The notes: generated by a model not told the origin, from the letters alone. A stretch of DNA of 64,000 bases from an uncultured virus (IMG/VR IMGVR_UViG_3300050188_000002) (IMGVR_UViG_3300050188_000002); one strand, 5' to 3'; shown: positions 47,285 through 59,252, counted from the first letter of the stretch. Made by a program: numbers and translations.

Positions 47285-50134
47285 ATGCCAGTAACACAAT
47301 CTCCTAATATCACTGTAAACCAGAGTATTATACAGTCTGATTCAACAACCACCTTGAGTCAATATCCAGCGTTTTACGTGGGTGAGTTCTCTTGGGGACC
47401 ATGTAATAAGCCGATTTTAATTAGGAGTTTAGCTGAACTATCCGATACGTTTGGAAATCCAAACGAAAATAATTTGACGGATTGGCATGTGGCGGCTGAT
47501 TACATTTCTAGAACAGGCGGTATGATAATCGTCAGAGCGGTGGATTCATCAGCCAGAAATGCAATTTTATCTCAATATAGAGTATTTTCTATGATTTTGG
47601 ATGAGGTTTCTACCCCATTTAAGGTTGGTGATGTTATTATTATCAGAGAAACCAATCCATTGGCTTCTGGAATGCCGCCTCAATATCCAGCAACAGACGT
47701 TGATAATGGGTTATATTCATTTGATACTACATCAAAACTGGTTGTAACATCGTTTAATTCTGATACTAATGAATTAAACTTCTATGTTGAATATGATTAT
47801 ACCGGTCCTTCTGGATTTACTAAAAGTTCTTATATCAAAGAACTAATAAAGAACACGAAAGACAAACTTATAAATTGCCTAGACGGAAACCCAACCGTTC
47901 AAGTTGGTACTTATACTCATGACCTGATCGTACCGTTACCAACAACCAAACAAGAAACTTTCGGGGTAAGAAAGTTTGAAGTTTTGACTGTTGATGTTAC
48001 CGAAAACACATATAACATTACATTTACTCCAAACGGAGACTCTTGGGGGTCTTCTAGAATCCTGTTAACATCTAATCTCAAATTGGACACAACCGATGAT
48101 TTTCTTAGAAGAAATGGGTCTTTCCCTGAGATAGTGGTGGATGATAAACCAACTTCTCATTTTATTGCTAGGTATCCCGGCGAATTAGGGAATTCGCTTG
48201 GTGTTCTATTTGTGCAACCTGGGTTTGATAAGGGGTCTAGTCTTTGGAAAGGTATTTATAAAACGATTTTGGATACCCTTCCCTCTATAGGCACTTCTGA
48301 ATACGCATTAAATACGTTACAGGCTGAGGTCAAAGACGAATGCCACGTTGTTGTATTTGATGTTGATGGTGGTATTACAGGAGAGTCTGGTACTATTTTG
48401 GAAGTATATCAAAATCTCAGTGTTATAGAAGGATCAAAGAAAAATGGAATAACGAATTTCTTTGTAGAAAAGATTAATTCGGATTCTAAATGGATATATT
48501 CTCTTTCTTCGGAATGGAAACCAGAAAGTCCATATAGTTCTCCTGAATATAGACTTAGCGTAAGAGAAACCGATCCTCTGTTTACAATCTTCTCGCACTC
48601 TGAATACGAATTCCCACAAAGTGATCCTGTTAGTTTGAATGTTATTCCTGATTTCGGCGTTACTTGTATGCCGTACGCTACAATTACTGGAGCAAATCCA
48701 TTCACTGAATCTAGAACAAATTCATCGGCTCAGCGGTTGAATTCCACTGATAATTTTTATGGAATAGATGTTGATGTTTTATTTGAGGATTCTGGAATAA
48801 GTGCTGTTAATAGAAACGATCTAACGTTTAGTTATACCACTGGTGGGTTGGATGTTTCATCTGAATGTCTACTTTCATCGCCTTATATCCCGGATGATAC
48901 TACTGTTCTTGGGTTGGCTAATTACGATACCCAAGATTTTGATAATCCTACATTTACCGGTCTATATACACCAAGATGGTATTCTCTTGGCGGAAATGTT
49001 GTATCAGTCCTTACATTCCCTGATTCATCAGTTAATTTCCCTGTTGATATTGACACATTAAAAGATAACATTACAAAGACAGTGACAATCGCTAATAAGT
49101 GGTCCGGATTCTCACCTATAAACGAATATAATAACGATATTAGTACATATTCGATATGGACTACAGAAACAATTAATAGATGGCAGATTATTGGGGTTTC
49201 TGGTTTTGGTGCTGACGTAGATCGAATTCCTAAGAACACCAAAAATACTTTCGTTATTCCTTATATCGGTGGTAATGGTTCATCATTTAGAATAAAATCC
49301 AGAGATTCTGTTGTTATCGGGGCATGGCAGAGTATTCCAGACACAACTAGAATAGATACAATTGTAGCCGGAGACTCTACTCAAATATATAAGCAATTCT
49401 TAGTAACGGTTGCAGATAAGTATAATTCTGTTGTTTTCATGTCACCTAATAAAGAAGACATGTTCTCTGGTAAGAATACAATTGAAAGGGCCAAAGATAT
49501 TGCAAAGTCGGCTGTAAGCTTAACTCCTTCTAATAAATTGTTCTGTGATTCTGGTTGGTATAAAAAGTACGATCAGTTCACAAACGTGTATATAGACGTT
49601 CCTTTGAATTCTATAGTAGCTGGTAATGCTGATAGTAAAGCATATCCTTGGAGTGTATTCTCTGGGTTATCTGATGGATATTTAAGAAACGTATCTAAAT
49701 TGTCTCTAAATGCTGATGATAAACAAGTTAGAGATATTCTATACAATGCATCAGTTAACCCAATAATAACAGTGTCTTCTGGTAGTATATCTTTATATGG
49801 CGATAAGACGTTGGTTTATAATACAAGTATTCTTAATAGAATACCAAACCGCAGAGCTTTAACCTTTATCGAAAAACTTTTATCGCACAATTCTAAGAAC
49901 TACATGTTTGATGTTTTGGATAAGGGGTCTATTGAGGGATACAAGGCTATGATAACTAGAGCGATGGATGAATTTGTTGCTTTAGGTGCATGTTTAAACT
50001 ACGAGGTTGTATGTGATTTATCAAATAATAACTCTGTAACGTATACCAACCATGAGATTCATGCATCTGTATTAGTTCAGTTTGCCGAAACCATAAACTA
50101 CATAACCGTTAACCTTGTCGCTACGAAACAATAA
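47285..50134 (+). CDS. Tail sheath protein, gp18-like, with insertions
   Basis: SP.I.V, G.F.WGP, FGNP, ARYPGELGNSL, YD......VPLN, RD.LY...VNPI, GDKT, RIP.RR. Confidence 0.92.
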   Translation: MPVTQSPNITVNQSIIQSDSTTTLSQYPAFYVGEFSWGPCNKPILIRSLAELSDTFGNPNENNLTDWHVAADYISRTGGMIIVRAVDSSARNAILSQYRVFSMILDEVSTPFKVGDVIIIRETNPLASGMPPQYPATDVDNGLYSFDTTSKLVVTSFNSDTNELNFYVEYDYTGPSGFTKSSYIKELIKNTKDKLINCLDGNPTVQVGTYTHDLIVPLPTTKQETFGVRKFEVLTVDVTENTYNITFTPNGDSWGSSRILLTSNLKLDTTDDFLRRNGSFPEIVVDDKPTSHFIARYPGELGNSLGVLFVQPGFDKGSSLWKGIYKTILDTLPSIGTSEYALNTLQAEVKDECHVVVFDVDGGITGESGTILEVYQNLSVIEGSKKNGITNFFVEKINSDSKWIYSLSSEWKPESPYSSPEYRLSVRETDPLFTIFSHSEYEFPQSDPVSLNVIPDFGVTCMPYATITGANPFTESRTNSSAQRLNSTDNFYGIDVDVLFEDSGISAVNRNDLTFSYTTGGLDVSSECLLSSPYIPDDTTVLGLANYDTQDFDNPTFTGLYTPRWYSLGGNVVSVLTFPDSSVNFPVDIDTLKDNITKTVTIANKWSGFSPINEYNNDISTYSIWTTETINRWQIIGVSGFGADVDRIPKNTKNTFVIPYIGGNGSSFRIKSRDSVVIGAWQSIPDTTRIDTIVAGDSTQIYKQFLVTVADKYNSVVFMSPNKEDMFSGKNTIERAKDIAKSAVSLTPSNKLFCDSGWYKKYDQFTNVYIDVPLNSIVAGNADSKAYPWSVFSGLSDGYLRNVSKLSLNADDKQVRDILYNASVNPIITVSSGSISLYGDKTLVYNTSILNRIPNRRALTFIEKLLSHNSKNYMFDVLDKGSIEGYKAMITRAMDEFVALGACLNYEVVCDLSNNNSVTYTNHEIHASVLVQFAETINYITVNLVATKQ

Positions 50135-50173
50135 TAAAGGATAAATAAACATAGTTTCTTTTAAAGGATAATC

Positions 50174-50872
50174 ATGTCAAATTCAGTTACAATGCCTGCC
50201 TATCAGGTAGACAACTTCATTAAGGCCGTAGGAGGTGGTGCCCGTCCAGCTCTATTTGCTGTGGTTCCGGGTGTAAACCTTGATCCGGCCCAGATATCAT
50301 CGCTATTCCAAACCGCACAGGCCGCGATTACTGCCGGTGATATCAGTTCCCTATTTAACAACCTAACCAATGTATTGGATGGACCTCTTAACCTAGCAGC
50401 CCATATTATGCTATGTAAGTCGTCGTCCTTCCCAGCATCGGAATTAACCGATATCGGTGTTAAGTTCCGCGCCCGTCATGCGCCAATTCCCGGCGAACGC
50501 GTATTCGCTGATTGGAAATGTACATTCTATATGCCACCAGGCCATACAAGTCGTCTTCTATATGAATCATGGCATGAGGGAATTAACGGCGGTCGTTCTA
50601 ACCAGCGTTCCCTAGGTGGGTATTCCGATATATATAAGTCATTCACAGTTGTTCAGTTTAGCACCCTAGGAACTCCAACTGCCGCTGTAAGAGTCCATGA
50701 TGCATTCCCAACTACTATCGGTGAAGTTGGTCTAGATTGGGAAACAAACGGGATAGAATCATTTGATGTATCATTTAAATATCAATATTGGGATCGCCTA
50801 CCATTTACCGGACTCGCTGGACGTATTTCGGATGTTGCTTCTGTTGTAACCGGTGGACCACTAACATTCTAA
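50174..50872 (+). CDS. Tail tube protein, gp19-like
   Basis: GGARPALF, FRAR...PGER.F.DW, FPT..GEV.LDW, F.YQYW. Confidence 0.92.
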   Translation: MSNSVTMPAYQVDNFIKAVGGGARPALFAVVPGVNLDPAQISSLFQTAQAAITAGDISSLFNNLTNVLDGPLNLAAHIMLCKSSSFPASELTDIGVKFRARHAPIPGERVFADWKCTFYMPPGHTSRLLYESWHEGINGGRSNQRSLGGYSDIYKSFTVVQFSTLGTPTAAVRVHDAFPTTIGEVGLDWETNGIESFDVSFKYQYWDRLPFTGLAGRISDVASVVTGGPLTF

Positions 50873-50947
50873 TTTCAGTGCAATTTGTAATAAAAGAAAC
50901 CTATCGCGGGTTTCTTTTATTTTACACTTTTAAGATAAATAACTGAT

Positions 50948-52650
50948 ATGGCATTACCTAAATTCAAATACTTCGGATTTAAGTTAGAGCAAACAACTAA
51001 GGAAAAAGTACTTGAAACTAAGGCGGTTTCATTTGCTCCTCCTACAGGGGATTCTCAATCATGGCGATTCATTCGTCGGTTTTTGATTCAACTGAATATG
51101 ACTTGATTTCTCGTTATAGAATGATGGAGCAAGATCCTATCATTGCTGATGCTATCGAAGATATAACAAACGAGGCCATTGTATTTGATGATAATGAGAT
51201 GCCCGTATCACTCAATATTGATGATGCTGCTGGTATTTCTGAATTTACTAAAGAAAAAATCGTACAAGAATTCAAACGCATTTTAATACTATTAGACTTT
51301 AAAACTAATGGAGATATGTTATTTCGTAGATGGTATGTTGATGGTCGGTTGATCTTCCATAAGATTATTGATGCTGCCAACCCTCATTATGGGCTTCTAG
51401 AAATAAGACGTATTGAACCTCATACTATTAAACGTATTCAGATATCTGATTCTGTTAATCTACCGAATACTCAGGGTATTCTGTTGTATAAAGGTAAACC
51501 AACTACATATTACATGTACTCCCAACAGGGTTTTGGTAACTGGAATCCGGCTCAAGTAAATCAGAACCCAACGTTTACAACTCAACAGGCGCAGCATACG
51601 CCTACTTCTGTTGCGATGTTGAATCTAACAGAGGATTCTATTACATTCGGTCCATCTGGTCTCTTGGATTATTCCAAGGGTGGCGGTATCATAGTTTCAT
51701 ATCTAAACCCAGCAATTAAGCCGCACAACCAGCTTAATATGATGGAAGATACCATGGTTATATATCAACTGACAAGAGCAGTTGAGAGACGAGTTTTCGG
51801 AGTAGACGTAGGTGACATGTACAAACATGAAGCTGAAGTATACATGCAGGAGCAGGTTGATAGATATCGTACCAGATTGGCATATGATACTACCACCGGG
51901 TCCCTTACATCGCGTAATAACTACATGGCTATTCAAGAGGACCTATGGATTCCAAAGCGCGAAGGTGGTGGTTGGGATGTCACCACGCTAGATGCTGGTA
52001 AGTCGATGGCTGACAATAAGGGTAATACTGAATATTTCATGAATAAGTTGTATCAAGCCCTACACTTGCCTCCAAGTCGTTTACAGGATTCCAATAGTTC
52101 ATTCCGCATCGGTAATCCAAATGAAATCATGAGAGACGAGCTTAGATTTTCTAAGTTTATAGATAGACTAAGAAATAGATTTTCATTTATATTCTATGAT
52201 ATTTTGAGAACCCAATTGTTATTAAAGAACGTTTGTACACCAGATGATTGGGATAGACTTCGTAGTTTCATTCAGTTCAAGTATCGTAGTGATGTACATT
52301 TCGCTGAGCTAAAGGAGGCAGAACTCCTAAAGATGCGCATTGAATTGGTATCTGCAATAGATCCGTTAGTGCAGCGCGGTTGGTACTCTGAAGAATATGT
52401 CCGTGAAAAGATTCTAAAACAAACTACAGAAATGCGTTACGATATTGGTGATAATAGAAATATAAATCAACAGGCACAACCATTGGCTCCATTGAACTCC
52501 TCTGGTTCAATAGACATTGCTGGGTCGTCGCCATCTTCAATTGGAGGCGGCGGAACACCAACAGCACCCCCAGAAACCCCAAAACCAGCAAGTCCACCTG
52601 AGTTGACTTTCAATACTGGCGGAACCTCTCCGGAGTCCCCAACAACATAA
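50948..52650 (+). CDS. Portal protein, gp20-like; the N-terminus (from 50948) is out of frame with the main ORF 51061-52650
   Basis: YFGFKL..SFAPP N-terminus; LI.RYR.M, FRRWYVDGR, NQL.MMED, RRVF.VDVG, EI.RDELRF.KF..RLR. Confidence 0.9.
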
Positions 52651-52692
52651 ATTTAGATTAAGCATAAATACTTTAAGTAAAAAGGATATAAA

Positions 52693-53397
52693 ATGTCTAC
52701 AAAAGAGCAATTGCAAAACAAACTTATCGAATCTATTATCGTTAAAGACTTCGTCTCTGCTGATAAACTATTTGAACAGTCGATGAAGAAGTTCATCTTC
52801 GATGTTCTTAAAGAGCGTGAACAAAAGACTTTAGATACCATTGGGTCGGCACTATTCATTGAAAACGAAGATCCCGAAACTGATCTATCTGATATTAATG
52901 ATGCTCTATCCAATCTAGGGTCAGATACTGAAACTGAAGAAAAGGTTGATGAAGAGGATGATGAAGAAACGGAAACCGACGCAGACGCAGAAGTAGAAGA
53001 CTCTGAAGAAAATAAAGATGAAGCCGATTCCGATGCTACTGCCAATGTAGAGCATAAGGACGGCGAAGTAACCATTGAAATTACTCTACAAGATGATGAA
53101 GAGCTGGTTGATAAGATTCTCAAGGCTGCTGGTATTGATAAAGACCAAGTAGAAGAAACCGGAGAAAAGGAAGAACATAAGGATGAAGAGAAGTCTGAAG
53201 AAGACAACGAATCTGAAGAATCTGAAAAAGAAGACGACTCAGAAGATGATTCCGATGAATCTGAAGAGTCCGAAGAAGAAAATGGTGACGACGAAGATAA
53301 CGAAGATAATGGTAACGAAATTGACTGGTTCTCAAACACAGAAGAGCCAGTTAAAGAATCTATTGAACGCAAGTCCCTATTTAAACAAGTAGTCTAA
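52693..53397 (+). CDS. Acidic prohead core protein, gp67-like
   Basis: D/E-rich protein between the portal and the protease. Confidence 0.55.
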   Translation: MSTKEQLQNKLIESIIVKDFVSADKLFEQSMKKFIFDVLKEREQKTLDTIGSALFIENEDPETDLSDINDALSNLGSDTETEEKVDEEDDEETETDADAEVEDSEENKDEADSDATANVEHKDGEVTIEITLQDDEELVDKILKAAGIDKDQVEETGEKEEHKDEEKSEEDNESEESEKEDDSEDDSDESEESEEENGDDEDNEDNGNEIDWFSNTEEPVKESIERKSLFKQVV

Positions 53398-53401
53398 CAC
53401 T

Positions 53402-54307
53402 ATGAATAAACTCTTTGAACTTCTAGCCGAGGAAGCTAATTGGAGGCCAAATAACCTATTTGGTCATTTGCCTGAGGGTTTATCTGCTTCGGATGTATGT
53501 TACACATCAACATCTGTAGACTTCTCGTTTAAAGTGCATGTTATTAAAGACGGAGAAAGATATACGATTCTAGGATTTAAAGATCGGGTTCTAGTTCCTA
53601 ATATCAAGGCTTTTGATAAAGATATTGCCTGTGCAAGAAAGACGGCAGATCTTTTAGTATCCCAATATGACTGCGGCGTCAATAAGTCTAATGCTGATTG
53701 CATTGATAAAGAAATGGAAGAAGCAATTGTATACGCCAAGAAACTTTTAGACGAAAACTTCGGAGATGACCGTCATTGGTTTGATGAAGTTGAGCAAGAT
53801 CTAGTCGATCATGACGATATTGATGAGGACGATGACGAAGAAACCTACGAAGCTGAAAGTGAAGTTGAAACTCCAGAAGAAAAGCCAGCATCAAGAGGAG
53901 TTTCATTTGCGGTATACACAGATCCAAAGAGTCAGGTATTAAGGAAGCAGTCTGATCTTTATGGCGATCCAAATTTGACTAGAGGCATCTCGACCGGTAT
54001 CAAGCGTCTTAATGGATGGTCCCTTATATCGAATGTGACCACCAAGACAATGATGTCAGGTAAGAATCCTGTTGGTGTTAGAATCGGATTAACCTTCTCT
54101 AATCCAGAAGTTACAAAGAATATAGCAGATTTTCTGAGAGGTCTTAATGTCAACTTAGGTCAAAACGCTAATTCAATTTCTATGGATCTTAAAGAATTGT
54201 CTAAGTTGGTCGGAACATCTAAAAACGCTTTCGCTACATTCCAGACGTCAAACAATGTCAATGTAGGAAGAATCCAAGTTAATAATAAGAAAGGATCTAA
54301 GAAGTGA
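53402..54307 (+). CDS. Hypothetical prohead protein
   Basis: Head-operon position; MNKLFELLAEE N-terminus. Confidence 0.5.
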   Translation: MNKLFELLAEEANWRPNNLFGHLPEGLSASDVCYTSTSVDFSFKVHVIKDGERYTILGFKDRVLVPNIKAFDKDIACARKTADLLVSQYDCGVNKSNADCIDKEMEEAIVYAKKLLDENFGDDRHWFDEVEQDLVDHDDIDEDDDEETYEAESEVETPEEKPASRGVSFAVYTDPKSQVLRKQSDLYGDPNLTRGISTGIKRLNGWSLISNVTTKTMMSGKNPVGVRIGLTFSNPEVTKNIADFLRGLNVNLGQNANSISMDLKELSKLVGTSKNAFATFQTSNNVNVGRIQVNNKKGSKK

Positions 54308-54957
54308 AACTTCTACGAGAACTAGTTACAGAAACAACCCATACAGTTGACGCTGAAAAGAATCTATATCTTTCCGGTATTGCTGTTATGTGCGAAGAAG
54401 AGAATCAAAACGGACGTATCTATAAAACTGATATAATGGCGCCGGAGATTAATCGTTATATCAAAGAAAGCATCCAAGCAAATAGAGCATACGGAGAGGC
54501 AGACCATCCACAATCATGTGAGATTAGTATCGATAGAATTGGTGTTCTATGGACGGAATGTACACAAGATGGTAACTTATTTCATGGGAAGTGTAAAGTT
54601 CTACCAACCGCCCCCGGCAATACAATCAATGCTATTGTAAGTCATGGTGGTGTAGTTGGATTTTCTACTAGAGGATTGGGAGACGTTATCACTGAATCGT
54701 CTGGTAAATCTATTGTTTCCAACTATCGTATGATCACCCTTGGTGACGTTGTTGTAAACCCATCAGTCGGTTCTAGAGCTTTAGCCATTTCTATTATGGA
54801 ATCCACCGAATGGATGTTAGACGCGAATGGTAAGTACATCCCTATGCAAGAAACAATCGAAACCGCCAAGAAGGAACTATCTAAAGCGTCGTTAAATCAA
54901 TTCGATGAAGTTGCTATGAGACAATATATTAAATTCATTTCTCTATGTCGTGGTTAA
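54304..54957 (+). CDS. Prohead protease, gp21-like
   Basis: MKLLRE, N.NGR.Y, RA.GE.DHP, GFSTRGLG, DVV.NPS. Confidence 0.93.
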   Translation: MKLLRELVTETTHTVDAEKNLYLSGIAVMCEEENQNGRIYKTDIMAPEINRYIKESIQANRAYGEADHPQSCEISIDRIGVLWTECTQDGNLFHGKCKVLPTAPGNTINAIVSHGGVVGFSTRGLGDVITESSGKSIVSNYRMITLGDVVVNPSVGSRALAISIMESTEWMLDANGKYIPMQETIETAKKELSKASLNQFDEVAMRQYIKFISLCRG

Positions 54958-54991
54958 GGATAAATAAATACGATTACCTTTAAGGAAAACT

Positions 54992-55981
54992 ATGTCAAAA
55001 CAAGAACCAACTAAACCAGTAGATCGCTTTCAAATAGCAGAATCTCTATTCGTTGAAATGATCGGCCTAAAGCCAGAAGTACTAAACGAGCGTCTCCAGT
55101 CAATTAAGAATTCTATTACTGGGGTTTCTTCGGATGCTACTATCTCGGAAACCACTAAGAAGATCATAGGAACTATTGTAGAAGCGGAAAACTTTGATGC
55201 AGTTCCGGCAGACTTCAAGAAGGCTGTAGAAGAAACAGTAAACGCTGCTGTTACTGCTAAACTAGCAGAAGAGCGCCAACTTCTAGAGGCCGCTCATGCA
55301 GAGCGAGTCCAGAAGGAAATTTCAACACTACAGGAAAAGAGCAAGGCAACTTCTCGTGCTGTGGTGGTTGAACTAATAAAGGGAGTAGACCTTTATATGA
55401 AATCATGTGCTGATAAGTGGCTAGAAGAAAACCAAGTCTCGATTGACGAAGGTATCAAGTCGCAGGTTCTAGAAAACTTCTATCGTAATGTCGTTCGTGT
55501 AATCAAGGAGTCTGGTGTTAACGCAGATCTAACTCCTAAGGTTAAAGAAGAAGTTAAGGAAGTTAAAGCCCTAGCAGAGTCTAAGGTTAAAGAGATTGGC
55601 GAACTAAAGCGCCAGTTGAATGAAGCTAAGACCGAAGCTCTTTCTGCTCAACAGAAGACTCTCGAAGAACGCAAGAAACTAACCGGAGTAATGAAGACTC
55701 GTTTGTTTGAAAATGCTACCTCTGGACTATCCGACATGCAGAAGGATAAGGTTAAAACTCTAACTGAAGGTGTTGTATTCAAGACCATGGAAGAATACTC
55801 AGTCAGAATATCTAAACTAGCAGAAACTGTTCGCTCTGCTGAGACTCCAAAGCCAGTAGTTGTAAACGAAAGCCTACAATCGATCACTACAACTCAGCCT
55901 GTCCAACAGCAAGTTCAGCCTCCGGTTGCTCCAAAGAGCACCCTTCTAGAGTCTCTAAATCAAGATCAGTTATTCGGTTAA
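54992..55981 (+). CDS. Prohead core scaffold protein, gp22-like
   Basis: Coiled coil with W.EEN..SID.GIKS...ENF and GLSD.QK.K...L.E. Confidence 0.85.
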   Translation: MSKQEPTKPVDRFQIAESLFVEMIGLKPEVLNERLQSIKNSITGVSSDATISETTKKIIGTIVEAENFDAVPADFKKAVEETVNAAVTAKLAEERQLLEAAHAERVQKEISTLQEKSKATSRAVVVELIKGVDLYMKSCADKWLEENQVSIDEGIKSQVLENFYRNVVRVIKESGVNADLTPKVKEEVKEVKALAESKVKEIGELKRQLNEAKTEALSAQQKTLEERKKLTGVMKTRLFENATSGLSDMQKDKVKTLTEGVVFKTMEEYSVRISKLAETVRSAETPKPVVVNESLQSITTTQPVQQQVQPPVAPKSTLLESLNQDQLFG

Positions 55982-56115
55982 AATGTAAACTAAATCGTAT
56001 AAAAACTCCTCATCTTAGAGGAGTTTTTGTTTTGTGAAAAAATTGCGAGATAAATAATATTAAGGATTTAAGCCAAATCCATTTTAACTAAAAATAAATC
56101 TTTAAGGAGACCACA

Positions 56116-57637
56116 ATGGCTATTACTAAGGAAGCAATTCAGGACTGGAAAGGTATTCTTGATCACAAGGCATTCACCCCGATCAATTCTACCCTCAAAA
56201 AGCGCACACTTGTTCAGTTGTTCGAAAACTGTGCATCTAACGATCGTCTCACATTCGAAAATGCCGATAGAGTTCGCGCATTCTCACGCAGTCTATTGAC
56301 NNNNNNNNNNAGCAACTACCGTACCTGTAGGCCCAACTAACACATCTGGTCCAGCAGGCGCAGCATCAACCGGTATCAACCCAGGTCTACAACCAGACGG
56401 CACAACCACTGGTAACGTAGGTGACGGTTCAGCCCTAGCTGGTTTCGACCCAACCATGATCACCCTAATCCGTAGATCACAGCCATCATTGATTGCTTAC
56501 GACCTAGTCGGTGTACAGCCAATGAGCGCTCCAACTGGTCTAATCTTCGCTCTACACGCTCGTCGTCTAAACGCAGATGGAACCAATGGCGTTGAACTAT
56601 TCGGCGGTGATACTACTGACTACCTCAACAAGGCTCAGCAGTTCGCATCCGCTGGTACAGGTGTAGTAAACGGTCCAACCGACCCAATCGTTGATGCTAA
56701 CGGTTTCGCCAAGGTCAACACCCAAACCGGTGAAGTTCTAGGTGCTGGTACCTATGCATGGAAGCGTGCATCCATGACCATCAGCCGTGTCAACGTAACT
56801 GCTGATACCAAGGCACTCATGGCTGAATACACCCATGAAATCGTGCAGGACATGAAGCGCGTTCATGGTGTTGATGCTGAAGCAGAACTTTCAAACATCC
56901 TAGCAACCGAAATCGGTTTCGAACAGAACCGTGAACTAATCGAGACTATCCGTTCATCGGCTAAGTCTTATGGTTCAGGTGTAGTGGATCTAACTCTAGG
57001 TGGTATCGTACCAGCCGCTCTAGTTGCCGGTGGTAACAACAGCGGAGCCAACACCGCGGTGCAGGCCCCAGTAGCTTCTACCGTAACCTCAGGTAACTTC
57101 GGTGCCTTCGGTTCAGCAGAACGCTTCAAGGCCCTATTACTCCACATCGAACAGGCTTCGAACAGCATCGCTCGTGAAACCCGTCGTGGTAAGGCAAACT
57201 GGGTACTAGTATCCTCAGACGTAGCTGCCCTACTACACCTAGCTGGTGTTCTAACCATCAACCCAGACCTCAAGTCTTCTGTTGATATTGCTGATGATAC
57301 CCAAGGTGCTTCAGTACTAGGAACTCTAATCGGTGGTCAGAAAGTCATCGTAGATCCATATGCAACTCAGGGTCAGGTTGTAGTTGGTTATAAGGGTAAG
57401 ACCGCTATGGACTCCGGTATGTTCTGGTGCCCATATGTTCCACTCGAGAAAGCAGTTGCAACTGATCCTAATACATTCCAACCAAGAATGGGTTTCAAGA
57501 CTCGTTACGGAATCGGTGCTAACCCAATCGCTGAAGGATTCCTTGGCTCAGTCAACGGTCCATCAACAGTGGCAAACGCTCAGGGTCTATATAACTCCAA
57601 GAATACTTACTTCCGTAAGTTCACCGTTCTCTATTAA
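56116..57637 (+). CDS. Major capsid protein, gp23-like, split by the N gap at 56301-56310
   Basis: W..ILDH, FDP.MI.LIRR..P.LIAYD.VGVQPM..PTGLIFAL, G.DAEAELSNIL..EI, TFQP.MGFKTRYG. Confidence 0.96.
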
Positions 57638-57661
57638 AGAAACCGGATTTACAAAAGAAAT

Positions 57662-57692
57662 CGAAAACTCCAGAGAAATCTGGAGTTTTTCG
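57662..57692 (+). terminator. Intrinsic terminator after the capsid gene
   Basis: aaaactccaga-gaaa-tctggagttttt. Confidence 0.85.
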
Positions 57693-57874
57693 TTTATATA
57701 ACAAATGTAAATTATCATAAACTTTATTTAGGATTAAATGCTTTTCGGAATATCTGATGATGTGCTTACCCCTGTTGTGATTATTCTTAATGTATACTAT
57801 CGAAAATATAGTCTTTTATAGTTGCATTATATAGTACTGCAAAGGGATAAATACTTAAATAGGAGATTTATTAA

Positions 57875-59173
57875 ATGTCTAAAAATTCATCGTATTTAGT
57901 CCGTAGATGGGGAAATTTCCTATCTGCCTCAGCCGAACCAGCACATAATGCCTTAGCAGCTATTGTGCTTGAAAATCTTTATAACGAAGACTTGTTTATT
58001 GACCCTAACAGGATCGGTAAGCTTCTAGTTGAAACCCCATACACAACTACTGGAGATGGTGTGCGTGCTGGTCTAGATGTTCGTACTAATCCAAACCCAG
58101 CCAACCCTGCTCCAAATCCAGCCAATCTAGGCGATGGAAGTGCAATTTCCGGGTATGACACCGTTACTATTAGTATGGTAAAGCGTCTCATTCCTCAGTT
58201 AATCGCGTTCGATATGGTTGGTATTCAGCCTATGAATGGTCCTGCTGGTGTGATATTTGCTGATCGTTGGACAGATGAAAATGGTCTAGATTGGCTAAAC
58301 CCACAGAATCCAAGAACTAATACAATTGATCCTTTAGCTAACGCTGCTCAAAACTCTAATCCAATTCTAACCAATCCTGGAGAATTGGCCAATAGCAATC
58401 CAACTTGGAAGGATATCGTTCTAAAGATATCTCGCATGTCATGTGTTGCTGAAACTAGACTATTCAAAGCAAATCTAACGGACGAAGTAGTCCAAGACCT
58501 ACTATCGGTTCATAATATTGACTCTAAAGTTAGATTTGCCGAAGCGTTCCTACAGGTTCTACTTCACACAATTAACCGCGAAACAACTGATATGATTAAG
58601 GCAGCAGCCATTACCACTGGTAGTTTGGCTCTTGGTGCATATTCTGATATTGAATATCACAAGTTCTTCTTCCGCTTAGAAAGAATGGCTGAACAGATCG
58701 CAGCTGATACTGGAAAGACACGCGGTAACTTCGTTCTATGTTCTCCTCGCGTTGCTGCATACTTAACATCTTGGGGCCACTATCTAGCCCCGGTTGGTCG
58801 TGGTGATTTAGAAGGGTACGACTTAGTAGGTAGTGCAAATAACCACGCGTATATCGGTACGTTAACCAATAATATTAAAATATATGCGGATTATACTGCT
58901 ACAACTGATTACATGCTAGTAGGAGCTAAGGGGTCAAATCCATACGACGCTGGTATGTTCTTCTGCCCTTACACACTTGGCGAGAAACCATTTGTAACCC
59001 GCGATCCAGATACATTTCAGCCAATTATGTACACCCGTGCTAGATATGGGTTCTTACCAAACCCACACGCAACCGGGTTTGATGCTAATGTTCCAAGTAC
59101 AATTTTGAATGCTGGAACCAACAGGTATTTCAGAATACTGTCAATAACTGGATTAACTGACAATCCTACCTAA
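57875..59173 (+). CDS. Second capsid paralog, probably the vertex protein (gp24-like)
   Basis: LIAFDMVGIQPMNGPAG, RGNFVLCSPRVA, DAGMFFCPY, DPDTFQP..TRARYG. Confidence 0.88.
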   Translation: MSKNSSYLVRRWGNFLSASAEPAHNALAAIVLENLYNEDLFIDPNRIGKLLVETPYTTTGDGVRAGLDVRTNPNPANPAPNPANLGDGSAISGYDTVTISMVKRLIPQLIAFDMVGIQPMNGPAGVIFADRWTDENGLDWLNPQNPRTNTIDPLANAAQNSNPILTNPGELANSNPTWKDIVLKISRMSCVAETRLFKANLTDEVVQDLLSVHNIDSKVRFAEAFLQVLLHTINRETTDMIKAAAITTGSLALGAYSDIEYHKFFFRLERMAEQIAADTGKTRGNFVLCSPRVAAYLTSWGHYLAPVGRGDLEGYDLVGSANNHAYIGTLTNNIKIYADYTATTDYMLVGAKGSNPYDAGMFFCPYTLGEKPFVTRDPDTFQPIMYTRARYGFLPNPHATGFDANVPSTILNAGTNRYFRILSITGLTDNPT

Positions 59174-59252
59174 TAGTAAACCTAATAAAAACCAGTGACT
59201 CCAACTCGCGGGTTTTTGAATAAATATTTATAGCACCATCAGAGATACCTAT

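Noticed and set aside
52653..53372. Ser-rich 239-aa minus-strand ORF
   Set aside because: Antisense shadow of the acidic core protein gene.
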